A DNA stretch of 64,000 nt from an uncultured Candidatus Binatia bacterium (lineage in GTDB: Bacteria; Desulfobacterota; Binatia; UBA9968; CAXXLF01): assembly GCA_965218425.1 (NCBI GenBank), contig OZ244621.1:896001-960000 (forward strand), given 5' to 3'. The position numbers were made by a program, and so were the translations under genes. A model generated the notes under the pieces. It saw only the letters and a program-made list of their open reading frames with translations. It searched no databases and was not told the origin of the DNA. Shown piece by piece: positions 31,373 to 41,189 of the stretch (position 1 is the stretch's first letter; every line of letters begins with the position of its first letter).

Positions 31373-34300
31373 ATGGAGCATTCTAGTTTCGTCCACCTTC
31401 ACTGCCACACCCAATACAGCCTCTTGGACGGCGCCAATAAGATTGAGCCCCTTTTCGAACGGGTGCGACAGCTAAAACAACCAGCCTTGGCCATGACCGA
31501 TCATGGGAACATGTTCGGAGCGGTGGAGTTCTATACTGAGGCGGTCAAGCATGGCATCAAACCCATTCTAGGTTGTGAAATCTACGTGGCACCCACCACC
31601 CGTTTTGAGCGCAAGGGGGCCGACAAAGGAATGAAAGAATACAACAATCATCTGGTTGTGCTGGCCATGAACCGGGATGGTTATCGGAATCTTTGCAAAC
31701 TCGTCACTGCGGGCTTTACCGAGGGTTTTTACTATAAGCCGAGGGTGGACAAGGAACTGCTCAAAGAGCACAACGGGGGATTGATCGCGCTCAGCTCCTG
31801 TCTCCGGGGCGAGGTGGCTTCATCCTTGTCCGTGGAAGACATAGGTAAGGCCAAGGCCGCGGCCGAGAATTATGCCTCCATCTTTAAGGACCGCTTCTAT
31901 CTCGAGATCCAAGACAACAAGATTCCCGTGCAGGAGAAAGTCAACCGGCTCATCGTCGACATCGGCAAGGACCTGTCCCTTCCCGTGGTGGCAACCAATG
32001 ACTGCCATTACGTGGAAAGGAAAGATGCTGCTGCCCATGACGTCCTCTTGTGCATTCAGACCGGCCGCACCGTTAACGATGAGAACCGCATGAAAATGTC
32101 CACGGACGAGCTCTTCCTCAAGTCAGCGGATCAGATGAGAGAGGGCATAGATTACTGTCCCGAGGCTGTGGACCGGACCTTGGAGATCGCTCAAAGGTGT
32201 AATCTAGAGTTGGAACTGGGTCGATACCGTTTTCCCCGCTTTGATCCGCCCCCCGGCAAAAACCTCGACGAACACCTCGACGAGCTTACCCGCAAGGGAT
32301 TGGAGCAGAGGCTGAAGAGTCTTTATCCTTCCGAAACCGGACCCTTGGACGCCGAATCCAGAAAGGTCTACGACGAACGGCTCGAGCATGAGCTCCATGT
32401 GATCAAAAGCATGCAGTACTCCGGCTACTTCCTCATTGTGGCCGATTTCATCAACTATGCGAAGGACCACGGAGTTCCCGTGGGTCCAGGCAGGGGTTCG
32501 GCGGCAGGAAGCCTCGTGGCCTACTCTCTGAAGATCACCGACCTCAACCCCATCCATCACAGTCTCCTGTTTGAACGTTTTCTGAACCCCGAGCGCCGAT
32601 CCATGCCGGATATAGACGTGGATTTTTGCATCCGCGGCAGGGACAAAGTCATCCAGTACGTCAAGGAGAAATACGGAGAGGACAAAGTAGCACAGATCGC
32701 TACCTTCGGGACCCTGAAAGCGAAGGCCGCCATCAGAGACGTGGGGCGAGCCCTGGGCTTCTCCTTCACTGAAACGGACACCATCGCAAAACTGGTCCCT
32801 GCCCCAAAGCAGGGATTTGACTATTCGCTGGCAGAGGCCATCAAATTGGAGCCTCGTCTCCCGGGTTTGATGAAATCCGATCCTCGGGTGAATACCCTGC
32901 TGGACCATGCGCTGCGCCTGGAAGGACTCACGCGGCATTCATCCACCCACGCCGCCGGCGTCGTCATTGCCAACCGACCCCTGGACAATTATCTACCCCT
33001 ATACCTGGATAAAGAGGGTGGCATCGTCACCCAATTCGACATGGACAGCGTGGGAAAGATCGGTCTCATCAAGTTCGATTTTCTCGGCCTAAAAACCCTC
33101 ACCCTTATCCACGATTGTCTGGACCTGATTCGCACCAGTCGAGGTCATGACATCGATTGGGAACACCTCCCACTGGACGACAAGGAAACCTACGGTCTCC
33201 TTTGCTCAGGAAACACCACAGGGATCTTCCAGCTTGAAAGCACTGGCATCCGGGAAATGACGGTGAAGATAAAACCCAACTGCTTCGAGGACCTTGTGGC
33301 CATTCTTGCCCTGTACCGCCCGGGCCCTCTGGACAGCGGCATGGCCGAGGAGTACATCAAGCGTAAGCAGGGAAAACAAAAAATCAGTTATCCACACCCA
33401 TCCCTACAGCCAATCCTAAAAGACACCTACGGTGTCATCATCTACCAGGAGCAGGTGATGCAAATCGCCCAGAGCCTCGCCGGTTATGCCATGGGAGAGG
33501 CGGATATCCTGCGTATCGCCATGGGCAAAAAGGATCCGGAAGAGATGGCGGGTCAGAGAGAGCGGTTCATCGAAGGGGCCCAAAAAAATCAGCTCAAACC
33601 TAAGACGGCAGCCGATATTTTTGACCAGATGGAAACCTTTGCGCGTTACGGCTTTAACAAGTCCCACTCGGCCGCCTATGCCCTGATCTCCTACCAGACG
33701 GCATATTTGAAATCCCATTATCCGGTGGAATTCATGGCCACCCTGATGACTTCCGAGAGGGGCGACACGGACAAGGTCATTAAAAACCTGGCGGAATGCC
33801 GGGAACAGGGGATAAAAGTGCTTCCCCCGGACGTGAACGAGAGCCGCGCCCATTTTACCACGGTGGGAGATCAGATTCGTTTTGGCCTGTCAGCCGTCAA
33901 GAACGTGGGGGACAAGGCCGTAGAAGCCGTCCTCGAGAGCAGGGAAAAGGACGGGAGGTTTAAGTCCATTTATGCCTTCTGCCGTCGGGTAGATCTGCGC
34001 ACGGTCAACCGAAGGGTGATGGAGAGTCTCATCAAGTGCGGGGCCTTCGATTCCACTGGCTTCACAAGGGCGCAGCAGACGGCGGCCCTCGATGAAGCCA
34101 TACGCGAGGGGCAGAGTCATCAGAAAGGTCTGGAAGCGGGTCAATACAATATCTTTGCAGCCCTTGCAGGGACGGACCACAATCAGGAGAATGAGATAGA
34201 AGAGCATCCTCAAGTGCAGGATTGGTCGACAAATCAGGTGTTGGCGTTTGAAAAAGAGTCCGTTGGGTTTTACATCACTGGCCACCCTTTGGATAAATAC

Positions 34301-34909
34301 GATCAGGCCATCAAGAAATTGACCACCGGAACCGCCGCCAACCTGAAGGAATCACCGCCCACCGGTGAGGTGAAAGTGGCGGGGGTGGTGACTGCTCTGA
34401 AGCTCAGGAACACCAAGAAGGGGGAGCGTTACGCCGGCTTCAATTTGGAAGACAAGACCGGATTTATCGAAGTGATCGTCTGGCCTGACCTATACCGCCG
34501 TTCCATGGAGGCCATCGCTTCGGACGATGCCATTTTGATCAAGGGAAAACTTGACGTTGGCGAGGAACGAATCCAACTCATTGGCAACGACGTGGTCCCC
34601 ATGGCCGAGATTTACCATCGCATTCGCGCGAGTTCTCTACCGCAAGCCGCCGAAGAGAAGAAGTCCATGGATACCACAGAGCTGCATTTCTATGCCCGTG
34701 CCCCGGAAGTCACAACACTAGAGTTAAATCAGCTACGCGACATCTTTCGAAATCATCGAGGTGGCTGTACGGTCTATCTCCATTTCTCCAATTCCTATAG
34801 GAGCGAGACGATCATCGAACTACCGGAGAATCTCAGGATCGAGCCCTCTGAAGAGCTCCTGGAGACAGTGGACCGTTCCTTTGGGAGACGCATCACCTAC
34901 ACCCACTAG
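31373..34909 (+). CDS. dnaE: DNA polymerase III alpha subunit
   Basis: PHP HLHCHTQYSLLDG; GPGRGSAAGS; MPDIDVDF; KFDFLGL; YGFNKSH. No intein seen. Confidence 0.99.
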   Translation: MEHSSFVHLHCHTQYSLLDGANKIEPLFERVRQLKQPALAMTDHGNMFGAVEFYTEAVKHGIKPILGCEIYVAPTTRFERKGADKGMKEYNNHLVVLAMNRDGYRNLCKLVTAGFTEGFYYKPRVDKELLKEHNGGLIALSSCLRGEVASSLSVEDIGKAKAAAENYASIFKDRFYLEIQDNKIPVQEKVNRLIVDIGKDLSLPVVATNDCHYVERKDAAAHDVLLCIQTGRTVNDENRMKMSTDELFLKSADQMREGIDYCPEAVDRTLEIAQRCNLELELGRYRFPRFDPPPGKNLDEHLDELTRKGLEQRLKSLYPSETGPLDAESRKVYDERLEHELHVIKSMQYSGYFLIVADFINYAKDHGVPVGPGRGSAAGSLVAYSLKITDLNPIHHSLLFERFLNPERRSMPDIDVDFCIRGRDKVIQYVKEKYGEDKVAQIATFGTLKAKAAIRDVGRALGFSFTETDTIAKLVPAPKQGFDYSLAEAIKLEPRLPGLMKSDPRVNTLLDHALRLEGLTRHSSTHAAGVVIANRPLDNYLPLYLDKEGGIVTQFDMDSVGKIGLIKFDFLGLKTLTLIHDCLDLIRTSRGHDIDWEHLPLDDKETYGLLCSGNTTGIFQLESTGIREMTVKIKPNCFEDLVAILALYRPGPLDSGMAEEYIKRKQGKQKISYPHPSLQPILKDTYGVIIYQEQVMQIAQSLAGYAMGEADILRIAMGKKDPEEMAGQRERFIEGAQKNQLKPKTAADIFDQMETFARYGFNKSHSAAYALISYQTAYLKSHYPVEFMATLMTSERGDTDKVIKNLAECREQGIKVLPPDVNESRAHFTTVGDQIRFGLSAVKNVGDKAVEAVLESREKDGRFKSIYAFCRRVDLRTVNRRVMESLIKCGAFDSTGFTRAQQTAALDEAIREGQSHQKGLEAGQYNIFAALAGTDHNQENEIEEHPQVQDWSTNQVLAFEKESVGFYITGHPLDKYDQAIKKLTTGTAANLKESPPTGEVKVAGVVTALKLRNTKKGERYAGFNLEDKTGFIEVIVWPDLYRRSMEAIASDDAILIKGKLDVGEERIQLIGNDVVPMAEIYHRIRASSLPQAAEEKKSMDTTELHFYARAPEVTTLELNQLRDIFRNHRGGCTVYLHFSNSYRSETIIELPENLRIEPSEELLETVDRSFGRRITYTH

Positions 34910-34913
34910 CCCA

Positions 34914-36215
34914 TTGAAACAGACGATTCGCAATCATTCTGATTCAAAGGAAGGGGCCCTCCTGGTGGGAGTGGATCTGTTCTTCTCCAACCTTGAAGTT
35001 CCATTGCAGGACAGCCTGGAGGAGCTGGAACGACTGGCGGTAACCGCCGGCGCCCGGGTGATCGGGAAATTTACTCAACGCCTGAAAAAATTCAGCTCCT
35101 CCACTTTGATCGGCCGGGGCAAGGTAGATGAGATCAACGAATACATACGCGATGAAAGGCCCGACCTAGTGATCTTCGACGAAAATCTTAGCCCGGCGCA
35201 ACAACGCAATCTGGAAGATGCCTTCAAGGTCCGCGTCGTTGATAGGAGCCAACTGATACTCGACATTTTCTCCCAACGGGCACAAAGCAAAGAGGGCAAG
35301 CTCCAGGTGGAGTTGGCGCAACTGCAATACCTCCTCCCGCGCCTGACCCGCCGATGGACCCACTTGTCACGACTGGCCGGCGGCATCGGCACCCGCGGTC
35401 CAGGTGAGACCCAGCTGGAAGCGGATAGGCGAAGGGTGCGGGAGCGAATTGGACTGTTAAGGAGGCGGCTGATTTCGGTCAAACGAACCCGCGATTTGCA
35501 GCGCCATGAGCGACTGGAGGTTCCCTACGCAACCATCGCGCTGGTCGGCTACACCAACTCCGGGAAATCCACCCTGATGAATGCCCTCACCCGGGCCGGT
35601 GTCCTCGCGGAGAACAAGCTGTTTGCCACCCTGGATCCCACCACCCGAAGTCTTCGGCTCCCCAGCGCAGACAAAGCTATGGTCGTTGACACGGTTGGAT
35701 TTAGCCACAAGATTCCCCACTCACTCATCGAGGCCTTTAAGAGCACCCTCGAGGAGGTCACCAACGCGGATTTACTCCTCCACGTGGTGGATATGACCAG
35801 TCCCCTCCATGAAAAACAGATCCAGGTGGTGGAAGCGGTGTTAAGGGAAATTGGAGCTGGAGAAATTCGAACCGTTATGGTTCCTAATAAGATCGACCTC
35901 CTCTCCAACGGTGGACGGCATCGGCTGGAAACCAACGGTGCCTGTGGAATCTGCCCCATCTCCGCATTGACCGGCACAGGGATCGATGACCTCCTGGAAT
36001 CCGTAGGGAAAATCTTGGATCAAGGGAAGGAAAAAGCCGAGTTTGTCCTTTCTCCTGCCCAAGGACCCCTCCTCTCCCTGCTGCGCCGGCGAGGTAGGAT
36101 CCTGGACGAAAAGTATGAAGGTGGATCCATCCATGTCACCGCGCTCCTTTCTCCCAAGTTAAAGGGTCAGATGAAAAAGTGGTTACATGAAAATGGCGTC
36201 GAGGCTTCAACATAA
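34914..36215 (+). CDS. hflX: GTPase HflX
   Basis: LQVELAQL, RGPGETQLE, GYTNSGKST, LFATLD, DTVGF and NKID. Start placed at the TTG just after the dnaE stop. Confidence 0.96.
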   Translation: MKQTIRNHSDSKEGALLVGVDLFFSNLEVPLQDSLEELERLAVTAGARVIGKFTQRLKKFSSSTLIGRGKVDEINEYIRDERPDLVIFDENLSPAQQRNLEDAFKVRVVDRSQLILDIFSQRAQSKEGKLQVELAQLQYLLPRLTRRWTHLSRLAGGIGTRGPGETQLEADRRRVRERIGLLRRRLISVKRTRDLQRHERLEVPYATIALVGYTNSGKSTLMNALTRAGVLAENKLFATLDPTTRSLRLPSADKAMVVDTVGFSHKIPHSLIEAFKSTLEEVTNADLLLHVVDMTSPLHEKQIQVVEAVLREIGAGEIRTVMVPNKIDLLSNGGRHRLETNGACGICPISALTGTGIDDLLESVGKILDQGKEKAEFVLSPAQGPLLSLLRRRGRILDEKYEGGSIHVTALLSPKLKGQMKKWLHENGVEAST

Positions 36216-36227
36216 GAAATATCCGGC

Positions 36228-36824
36228 ATGCTTAATCTTCCCAACTTCCTCACCTTAATCCGCATTGCAACCATACCACCCTTTCTGGTCTTGCTATTTT
36301 CTCGTTATTACACATGGGCCTTGTTAGTATTTGCCTTTGGGGGCATCACGGACGCTCTGGACGGACCCGTGGCGCGATTGACCAAACAACGGACCCGGTT
36401 GGGCGCCTATCTCGACCCCTTGGCGGACAAGTTGCTGATCATAAGTTCGCTCGTGGTGCTGAGCCACATCGGCGTAGCGCCCGCATGGTTTACCATCTTG
36501 GTGCTCAGTCGCGACCTGATTATTACAATGGGATACGTTACGATTTATTTCCGGGTTCAGCAGAGGATGGAGATTAATCCGAGTATTATGGGCAAGTCGA
36601 ATACTTTTCTTCTGCTATTAACGGTTACGGTCGTATTACTTTCTCTTTACGACCCCGACATCATTCCGAAATCTCCCCTGGGGATCGGATCCTTAAGGGT
36701 TGCCCTGCTTGATTTTCTGTTCCTTTTGACCGCCCTTACCACTGTTGTATCCGGCTTGCAGTATGTCTATCGTGGATTGGTCTGGCTCCAAGATCGGGTT
36801 CAGACTTCCATCCGAACAAGTTGA
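36228..36824 (+). CDS. CDP-alcohol phosphatidyltransferase (PgsA/cardiolipin synthase-like)
   Basis: NLPNFLT..R and TDALDG.VAR...T.LGAYLDPLADK signature. Confidence 0.93.
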   Translation: MLNLPNFLTLIRIATIPPFLVLLFSRYYTWALLVFAFGGITDALDGPVARLTKQRTRLGAYLDPLADKLLIISSLVVLSHIGVAPAWFTILVLSRDLIITMGYVTIYFRVQQRMEINPSIMGKSNTFLLLLTVTVVLLSLYDPDIIPKSPLGIGSLRVALLDFLFLLTALTTVVSGLQYVYRGLVWLQDRVQTSIRTS

Positions 36825-36907
36825 CACCATATCAAGAAATTGGTAGTAAAATCATAGGGTTGCATAGAAAGGGGTCCTAAATAATCCATCGATTCACTTG
36901 CCTCGAT

Positions 36908-36982
36908 AGGCACGTAGCTCAGTGGGAGAGCGCTTCCTTGACACGGAAGAGGTCGGCGGTTCAATCCCGCCCGTGCCTACCA
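36908..36982 (+). tRNA. tRNA-Val(GAC)
   Basis: Acceptor AGGCACG/CGTGCCT; anticodon arm CTTCC-TTGACAC-GGAAG; T-loop GTTCAATC; encoded CCA. Confidence 0.97.
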
Positions 36983-37029
36983 TTCGTCGAGTCGTTGCAA
37001 GACATTTGTTAGAAATTACGGCCATCTAT

Positions 37030-38967
37030 ATGAAATCTATCGTGGTAAAATTGCCGGGCGAAAAGACCATGGAGGTCACCCCCAACCAGAAAATTCAGGA
37101 TCTGATTTCGACTCTGGGTGTTAATGGTAAAGTCATCGCCGCAAAGTTGGACGGCGTGGCCGTTGATCTTGACCGCAATCTTGATAAGGACTGCACCCTG
37201 GATTGGATTTCCCTCGATAGCCCTGAGGGACTCGATATCCTGCGCCACTCCACCGCCCATCTCATGGCCCAAGCGGTACAGAGCCTCTTTCCCGGGACCC
37301 AGGTGACCATTGGCCCCACCATCGACGATGGATTCTATTACGACTTCAAGCGGGACAGACCCTTTACCCCTGAGGAGATTGAGAAAATAGAGGAACGCAT
37401 GCGAGAGCTTTCCAAGTCCGATCTCAAAGTCGTGCGGGAAGAAACTCCAAAGAAAAATGCCGTCCAAATGTTCCGAAAGATGGGCGAAGACTTCAAGGTG
37501 GATATTCTAAACGAGATCCTTGATGAGAAGGTTTCTCTTTATCGCCAGGGAGAGTGGGTGGATCTGTGCCGCGGACCCCATGTCCCCTCCACGGGATTCA
37601 TCAAGGCCTTCAAATTAACCAGCGTGGCAGGTGCCTACTGGAGAGGGGACGAAAACAACGAAATGCTCCAACGCATCTATGGGACATCCTTCGCCTCGAA
37701 GGAAGCCCTGCGCGAGCATCTTCATCTCCTCGAGGAAGCCAAGAAAAGAGACCACCGTCGTTTGGGCCGGGAACTGGATCTATTCAGCTTCCACCCCATA
37801 GCACCCGCCAGTCCTTTTTTTCACCCCAAGGGGGCGGTGGTTTACAACGAACTCATTTCCCATATACGCCAACTCTATTCCCGCTACGGATATCAAGAGG
37901 TGCTGACTCCACAGATCTTCGACGTCGAATTATGGCACCGTTCGGGGCACTACGATCACTTCAAGGAAAACATGTACTTTACCCGGATTGACGAGCGGGA
38001 GTTTGGGGTCAAGCCGATGAACTGCCCAGGGCACACTTTTATTTACGCCTCCAAAAAGAGATCCTACCGGGATCTTCCGCTACGGCTAGCGGATTTTGGA
38101 CGCCTGCACCGCTACGAGAAATCGGGTGTCACCGCCGGCCTCACACGGGTTCGAACCTTTTCCCAGGACGATGCCCATATTTTTTGTGCCCCAGAGCAAA
38201 TCGAGGAGGAGATGACCTCCTTGCTAAAAATGATCCATGAGGTCTATGAGACCTTTCAGTTTCACCAAATGCAGGTTAAACTATCCACTCGCCCGGACCC
38301 CTACATGGGAAGTCTCGAAACCTGGGAGCGGGCAGAAAACTCCCTGGCAGATTCTCTCCGCAAACGTGGCATCGAATATCAGGTGAATGAGGGCGACGGG
38401 GCCTTCTATGGTCCCAAGATTGACTTTGTGGTGTTGGATGCCATGAAACGCGGATGGCAGCTGGCGACCATCCAGCTGGACTTCGCCATGCCAGAGCGTT
38501 TCGATCTCTCCTATGTGGCGTCCTCTGGAGCCGAGGCTAGGCCCGTGATGATTCACCGGGCAATCTTGGGATCCATTGAACGTTTCATGGGAATTTTGAT
38601 AGAACATACAGGCGGCGCCCTGCCCCTTTGGCTGGCGCCGGTTCAGCTTAGGATAATGATTGTGACAGACCAGCAAAAGGGCTATGCCCAAGAGGTCTTT
38701 CAGAAAATGAAATCGGCGGGATGGCGGGTGGAACTGGATGATCGAAACGAAAAACTCGGCTTTAAAATCCGCGAGGCCCAGGTTGCAAAGATACCCTATG
38801 CGGTGGTAATCGGAGATAGGGAGATGGACGATCAGACCGTGTCCCCTCGTGCCAGGGGGGGCAAAAACCTTAATCCAATGTCCGTGGATGAATTCTTAAC
38901 ACTTCTTCAAGAAGAGGTTTCTGCCATAGGGAGAAGTGAAGGGCAACAAAATGGAGGTGTCCAATAG
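37030..38967 (+). CDS. thrS: Threonine--tRNA ligase
   Basis: RHSTAHLMAQA, DLCRGPH, RDHRRLG, KPMNCP, GAFYGPK and HRAILGS. Start corrected to ATG 37030, after the tRNA. Confidence 0.98.
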   Translation: MKSIVVKLPGEKTMEVTPNQKIQDLISTLGVNGKVIAAKLDGVAVDLDRNLDKDCTLDWISLDSPEGLDILRHSTAHLMAQAVQSLFPGTQVTIGPTIDDGFYYDFKRDRPFTPEEIEKIEERMRELSKSDLKVVREETPKKNAVQMFRKMGEDFKVDILNEILDEKVSLYRQGEWVDLCRGPHVPSTGFIKAFKLTSVAGAYWRGDENNEMLQRIYGTSFASKEALREHLHLLEEAKKRDHRRLGRELDLFSFHPIAPASPFFHPKGAVVYNELISHIRQLYSRYGYQEVLTPQIFDVELWHRSGHYDHFKENMYFTRIDEREFGVKPMNCPGHTFIYASKKRSYRDLPLRLADFGRLHRYEKSGVTAGLTRVRTFSQDDAHIFCAPEQIEEEMTSLLKMIHEVYETFQFHQMQVKLSTRPDPYMGSLETWERAENSLADSLRKRGIEYQVNEGDGAFYGPKIDFVVLDAMKRGWQLATIQLDFAMPERFDLSYVASSGAEARPVMIHRAILGSIERFMGILIEHTGGALPLWLAPVQLRIMIVTDQQKGYAQEVFQKMKSAGWRVELDDRNEKLGFKIREAQVAKIPYAVVIGDREMDDQTVSPRARGGKNLNPMSVDEFLTLLQEEVSAIGRSEGQQNGGVQ

Positions 38968-39470
38968 CGAAAGAAGCAAGAATTAACCACCAGATTCGCG
39001 CCAACGAGGTCCGAGTCATCGGATCCGAGGGTGACCAGCTGGGGATCATGACGCTGAGGGACGCACTTGAAGCGGTGGATCGCGAGGGTTTGGATCTCGT
39101 TGAGGTGGCCCCCGAGGCGCAGCCCCCGGTGTGCCGCATCATGGACTACGGAAAATTCCGCTACCTTCAAAGGAAGAAGGCTCACGGGACAAAAAAGAAG
39201 CAGACCTTCGTAACGGTAAAAGAAGTCAAGATGAGGGCCCATACTGACCCCCATGATATCTCTTACAAGGTCCGCAACATCCGGCGGTTCATCGAAAGGG
39301 GCCAGCGAGTCAGAGTCTCCATCTTCTTTCGCGGTCGAGAGATCACCCATCCGGATCTCGGCCGGCAAACCCTGAACGGGATATTGACCCAGGTGGAAGA
39401 TATCGCCAAGGTCGATATTACCCCCAGGATGGAAGGAAGAAGCATGGCAATGCTTCTTACGCCGAAATAG
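38964..39470 (+). CDS. infC: Translation initiation factor IF-3 (non-canonical ATA start)
   Basis: GGAGG-N6-ATA GCG AAA...RINHQIRANEVRVIG is in frame with LDLVEVAP..PPVCRIMDYGK and FRGRE. Confidence 0.95.
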   Translation: MAKEARINHQIRANEVRVIGSEGDQLGIMTLRDALEAVDREGLDLVEVAPEAQPPVCRIMDYGKFRYLQRKKAHGTKKKQTFVTVKEVKMRAHTDPHDISYKVRNIRRFIERGQRVRVSIFFRGREITHPDLGRQTLNGILTQVEDIAKVDITPRMEGRSMAMLLTPK

Positions 39471-39489
39471 ACGTTGATTGGAGGAGAGT

Positions 39490-39687
39490 GTGCCCAAGAT
39501 CAAAACCAGCAGAGGAGCAGCCAAGAGGTTCAAAGTAACCGCCAGTGGAAAGGTAAAAAGGAGCCGGAGCTTTAAAAGTCATCTGCTTTCTAGTAAAGGT
39601 AGAAAACGTAAGCGGAGGCTTCGGCAATCGACCACCGTATCGGCTGCCGAGACCAGAGTTATTCGAAAGCTCATACCGTATAAGTAA
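39490..39687 (+). CDS. rpmI: 50S ribosomal protein L35
   Basis: (M)[25 protein letters not shown] start with GGAGGAG RBS. Confidence 0.97.
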   Translation: MPKIKTSRGAAKRFKVTASGKVKRSRSFKSHLLSSKGRKRKRRLRQSTTVSAAETRVIRKLIPYK

Positions 39688-39716
39688 GTAAAATTTCTTC
39701 AAAAAGTGAGTGAACT

Positions 39717-40076
39717 ATGCCAAGAGTTAAACGAGGACAAACAGCCAGACAGAGAAGAAAGAAAGTCTTAAAGCTGGCGAAGGGTTATGTGGGGGCGCGT
39801 AGCAAGTTGTATCGCACCGCCCGAGAAACCGTAGAACGCGGACTGGTGTTCGCATACAGGGATCGACGGGTTAAGAAGAGAACCTTCCGAGGTCTTTGGA
39901 CCACCCGAATCAATGCCGGGGCAAGACTCAGCGGGCTCTCCTACAGCCAGCTCATCAAGGGTCTGAAATCCGCCCGGGTGGAACTGGACAGAAAGATTCT
40001 GGCCGATCTGGCTGTCTCAGACCTTCCAGCCTTTAGTCAGATAGCAGAGCTTGCAAAGACCCACCTCGCAGCCTAG
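39717..40076 (+). CDS. rplT: 50S ribosomal protein L20
   Basis: [21 protein letters not shown] and [10 protein letters not shown]. Confidence 0.98.
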   Translation: MPRVKRGQTARQRRKKVLKLAKGYVGARSKLYRTARETVERGLVFAYRDRRVKKRTFRGLWTTRINAGARLSGLSYSQLIKGLKSARVELDRKILADLAVSDLPAFSQIAELAKTHLAA

Positions 40077-40099
40077 CCGACCTATTTCTCCTTCCTTAC

Positions 40100-41140
40100 A
40101 TGCAAGAACCTTTGGCAGCTTTTCAGGAAGAGATGGCGGAGCGCATCAAGCGCTCCGTGACGGAACAGGACATTGAAGCGCTAAGGGTAGAATATGTAGG
40201 CAGAAAGGGCAAGCTTACCATAAAGCTCCGGAGCTTGAAGGACGTACCCCCCGAGGAGCGGCCCCAGTTGGGAGAACAACTGAACCGGCTCAGGGTCTTG
40301 TTTGAAGACGAACTCGAGAGCCGGCTCAGGGACTTCAAGGCGCAAAAGAATGAGCGGATCCTCATAGAAGAGCACACCGATATCAGCCTCCCGGGAAACC
40401 GGTTGCAGAGAGGACAATTGCATCCCATTACCCTGGTACTCGATGAGATCACCGACATCTTTGCCTGCATGGGGTTTGAAATCGCTCGAGGGCCTGACAT
40501 TGAGGACGATTATCATAACTTTGAGGCCCTCAACATCCCCAAGGATCATCCGGCTAGGGATATGCAGGACACCTTTTTCGTGTCCGAAGAGCTTCTGCTG
40601 AGAACCCACACCTCACCGGTACAGATTCGGGTCATGGAAAACCGTAAGCCTCCACTCCAGATCATTGTCCCGGGTGCGGTTTATCGACATGATGACGATG
40701 CAACCCATTCTCCCGTGTTCCATCAGGTGGAAGGATTCATGGTGGACCACCATATTACTTTCGGTGATCTCAAAGGCGTTTTACAACACCTCCTGCGCCA
40801 GGTTTTTCGGGAAGACACGCCGGTCAGATTTCGACCGAGCTTTTTTCCCTTCACGGAGCCAAGTGCAGAAGTGGACATCGGCTGCTTATTTTGCGCGGGG
40901 CAGGGACAAGCTACCCATGGACAGGGCTGTCGGGTATGTAAAGGGACGGGGTGGTTGGAGATCCTAGGATCGGGAATGATTGATCCCCAGGTCTTTCGAT
41001 TTGTAGGCTACGATATCGATAAGGTCTCCGGGTTTGCCTTTGGGATGGGTGTGGAACGGATCGCCATGCTGAAATTCGGGATCGAGGACATCCGTCAATT
41101 TTACCAAAACGACCTTCGTTTTTTGAGACAGTTTCGTTAG
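40100..41140 (+). CDS. pheS: Phenylalanine--tRNA ligase alpha subunit
   Basis: HPARDMQDTF, LRTHTSPVQ, FHQVEG, FPFTEPS and GFAFGMGVER. Confidence 0.99.
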   Translation: MQEPLAAFQEEMAERIKRSVTEQDIEALRVEYVGRKGKLTIKLRSLKDVPPEERPQLGEQLNRLRVLFEDELESRLRDFKAQKNERILIEEHTDISLPGNRLQRGQLHPITLVLDEITDIFACMGFEIARGPDIEDDYHNFEALNIPKDHPARDMQDTFFVSEELLLRTHTSPVQIRVMENRKPPLQIIVPGAVYRHDDDATHSPVFHQVEGFMVDHHITFGDLKGVLQHLLRQVFREDTPVRFRPSFFPFTEPSAEVDIGCLFCAGQGQATHGQGCRVCKGTGWLEILGSGMIDPQVFRFVGYDIDKVSGFAFGMGVERIAMLKFGIEDIRQFYQNDLRFLRQFR

Positions 41141-41189
41141 CCTAAACAGAAAAAGCGTTTCCCGCAGGACCCGGGATGACGTTCATGCT

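Noticed and set aside
34761..34913. HflX N-terminal extension overlapping dnaE
   Set aside because: Ser/Pro-rich off-frame read of the dnaE tail; HflX similarity starts after the dnaE stop.
36922..37029. N-terminal extension of ThrS in the ORF track
   Set aside because: Overlaps tRNA-Val; ATG 37030 is the better start.
40880..40950. CxxC...CxxC segment in PheS
   Set aside because: Common in PheS of many bacteria; not novel.
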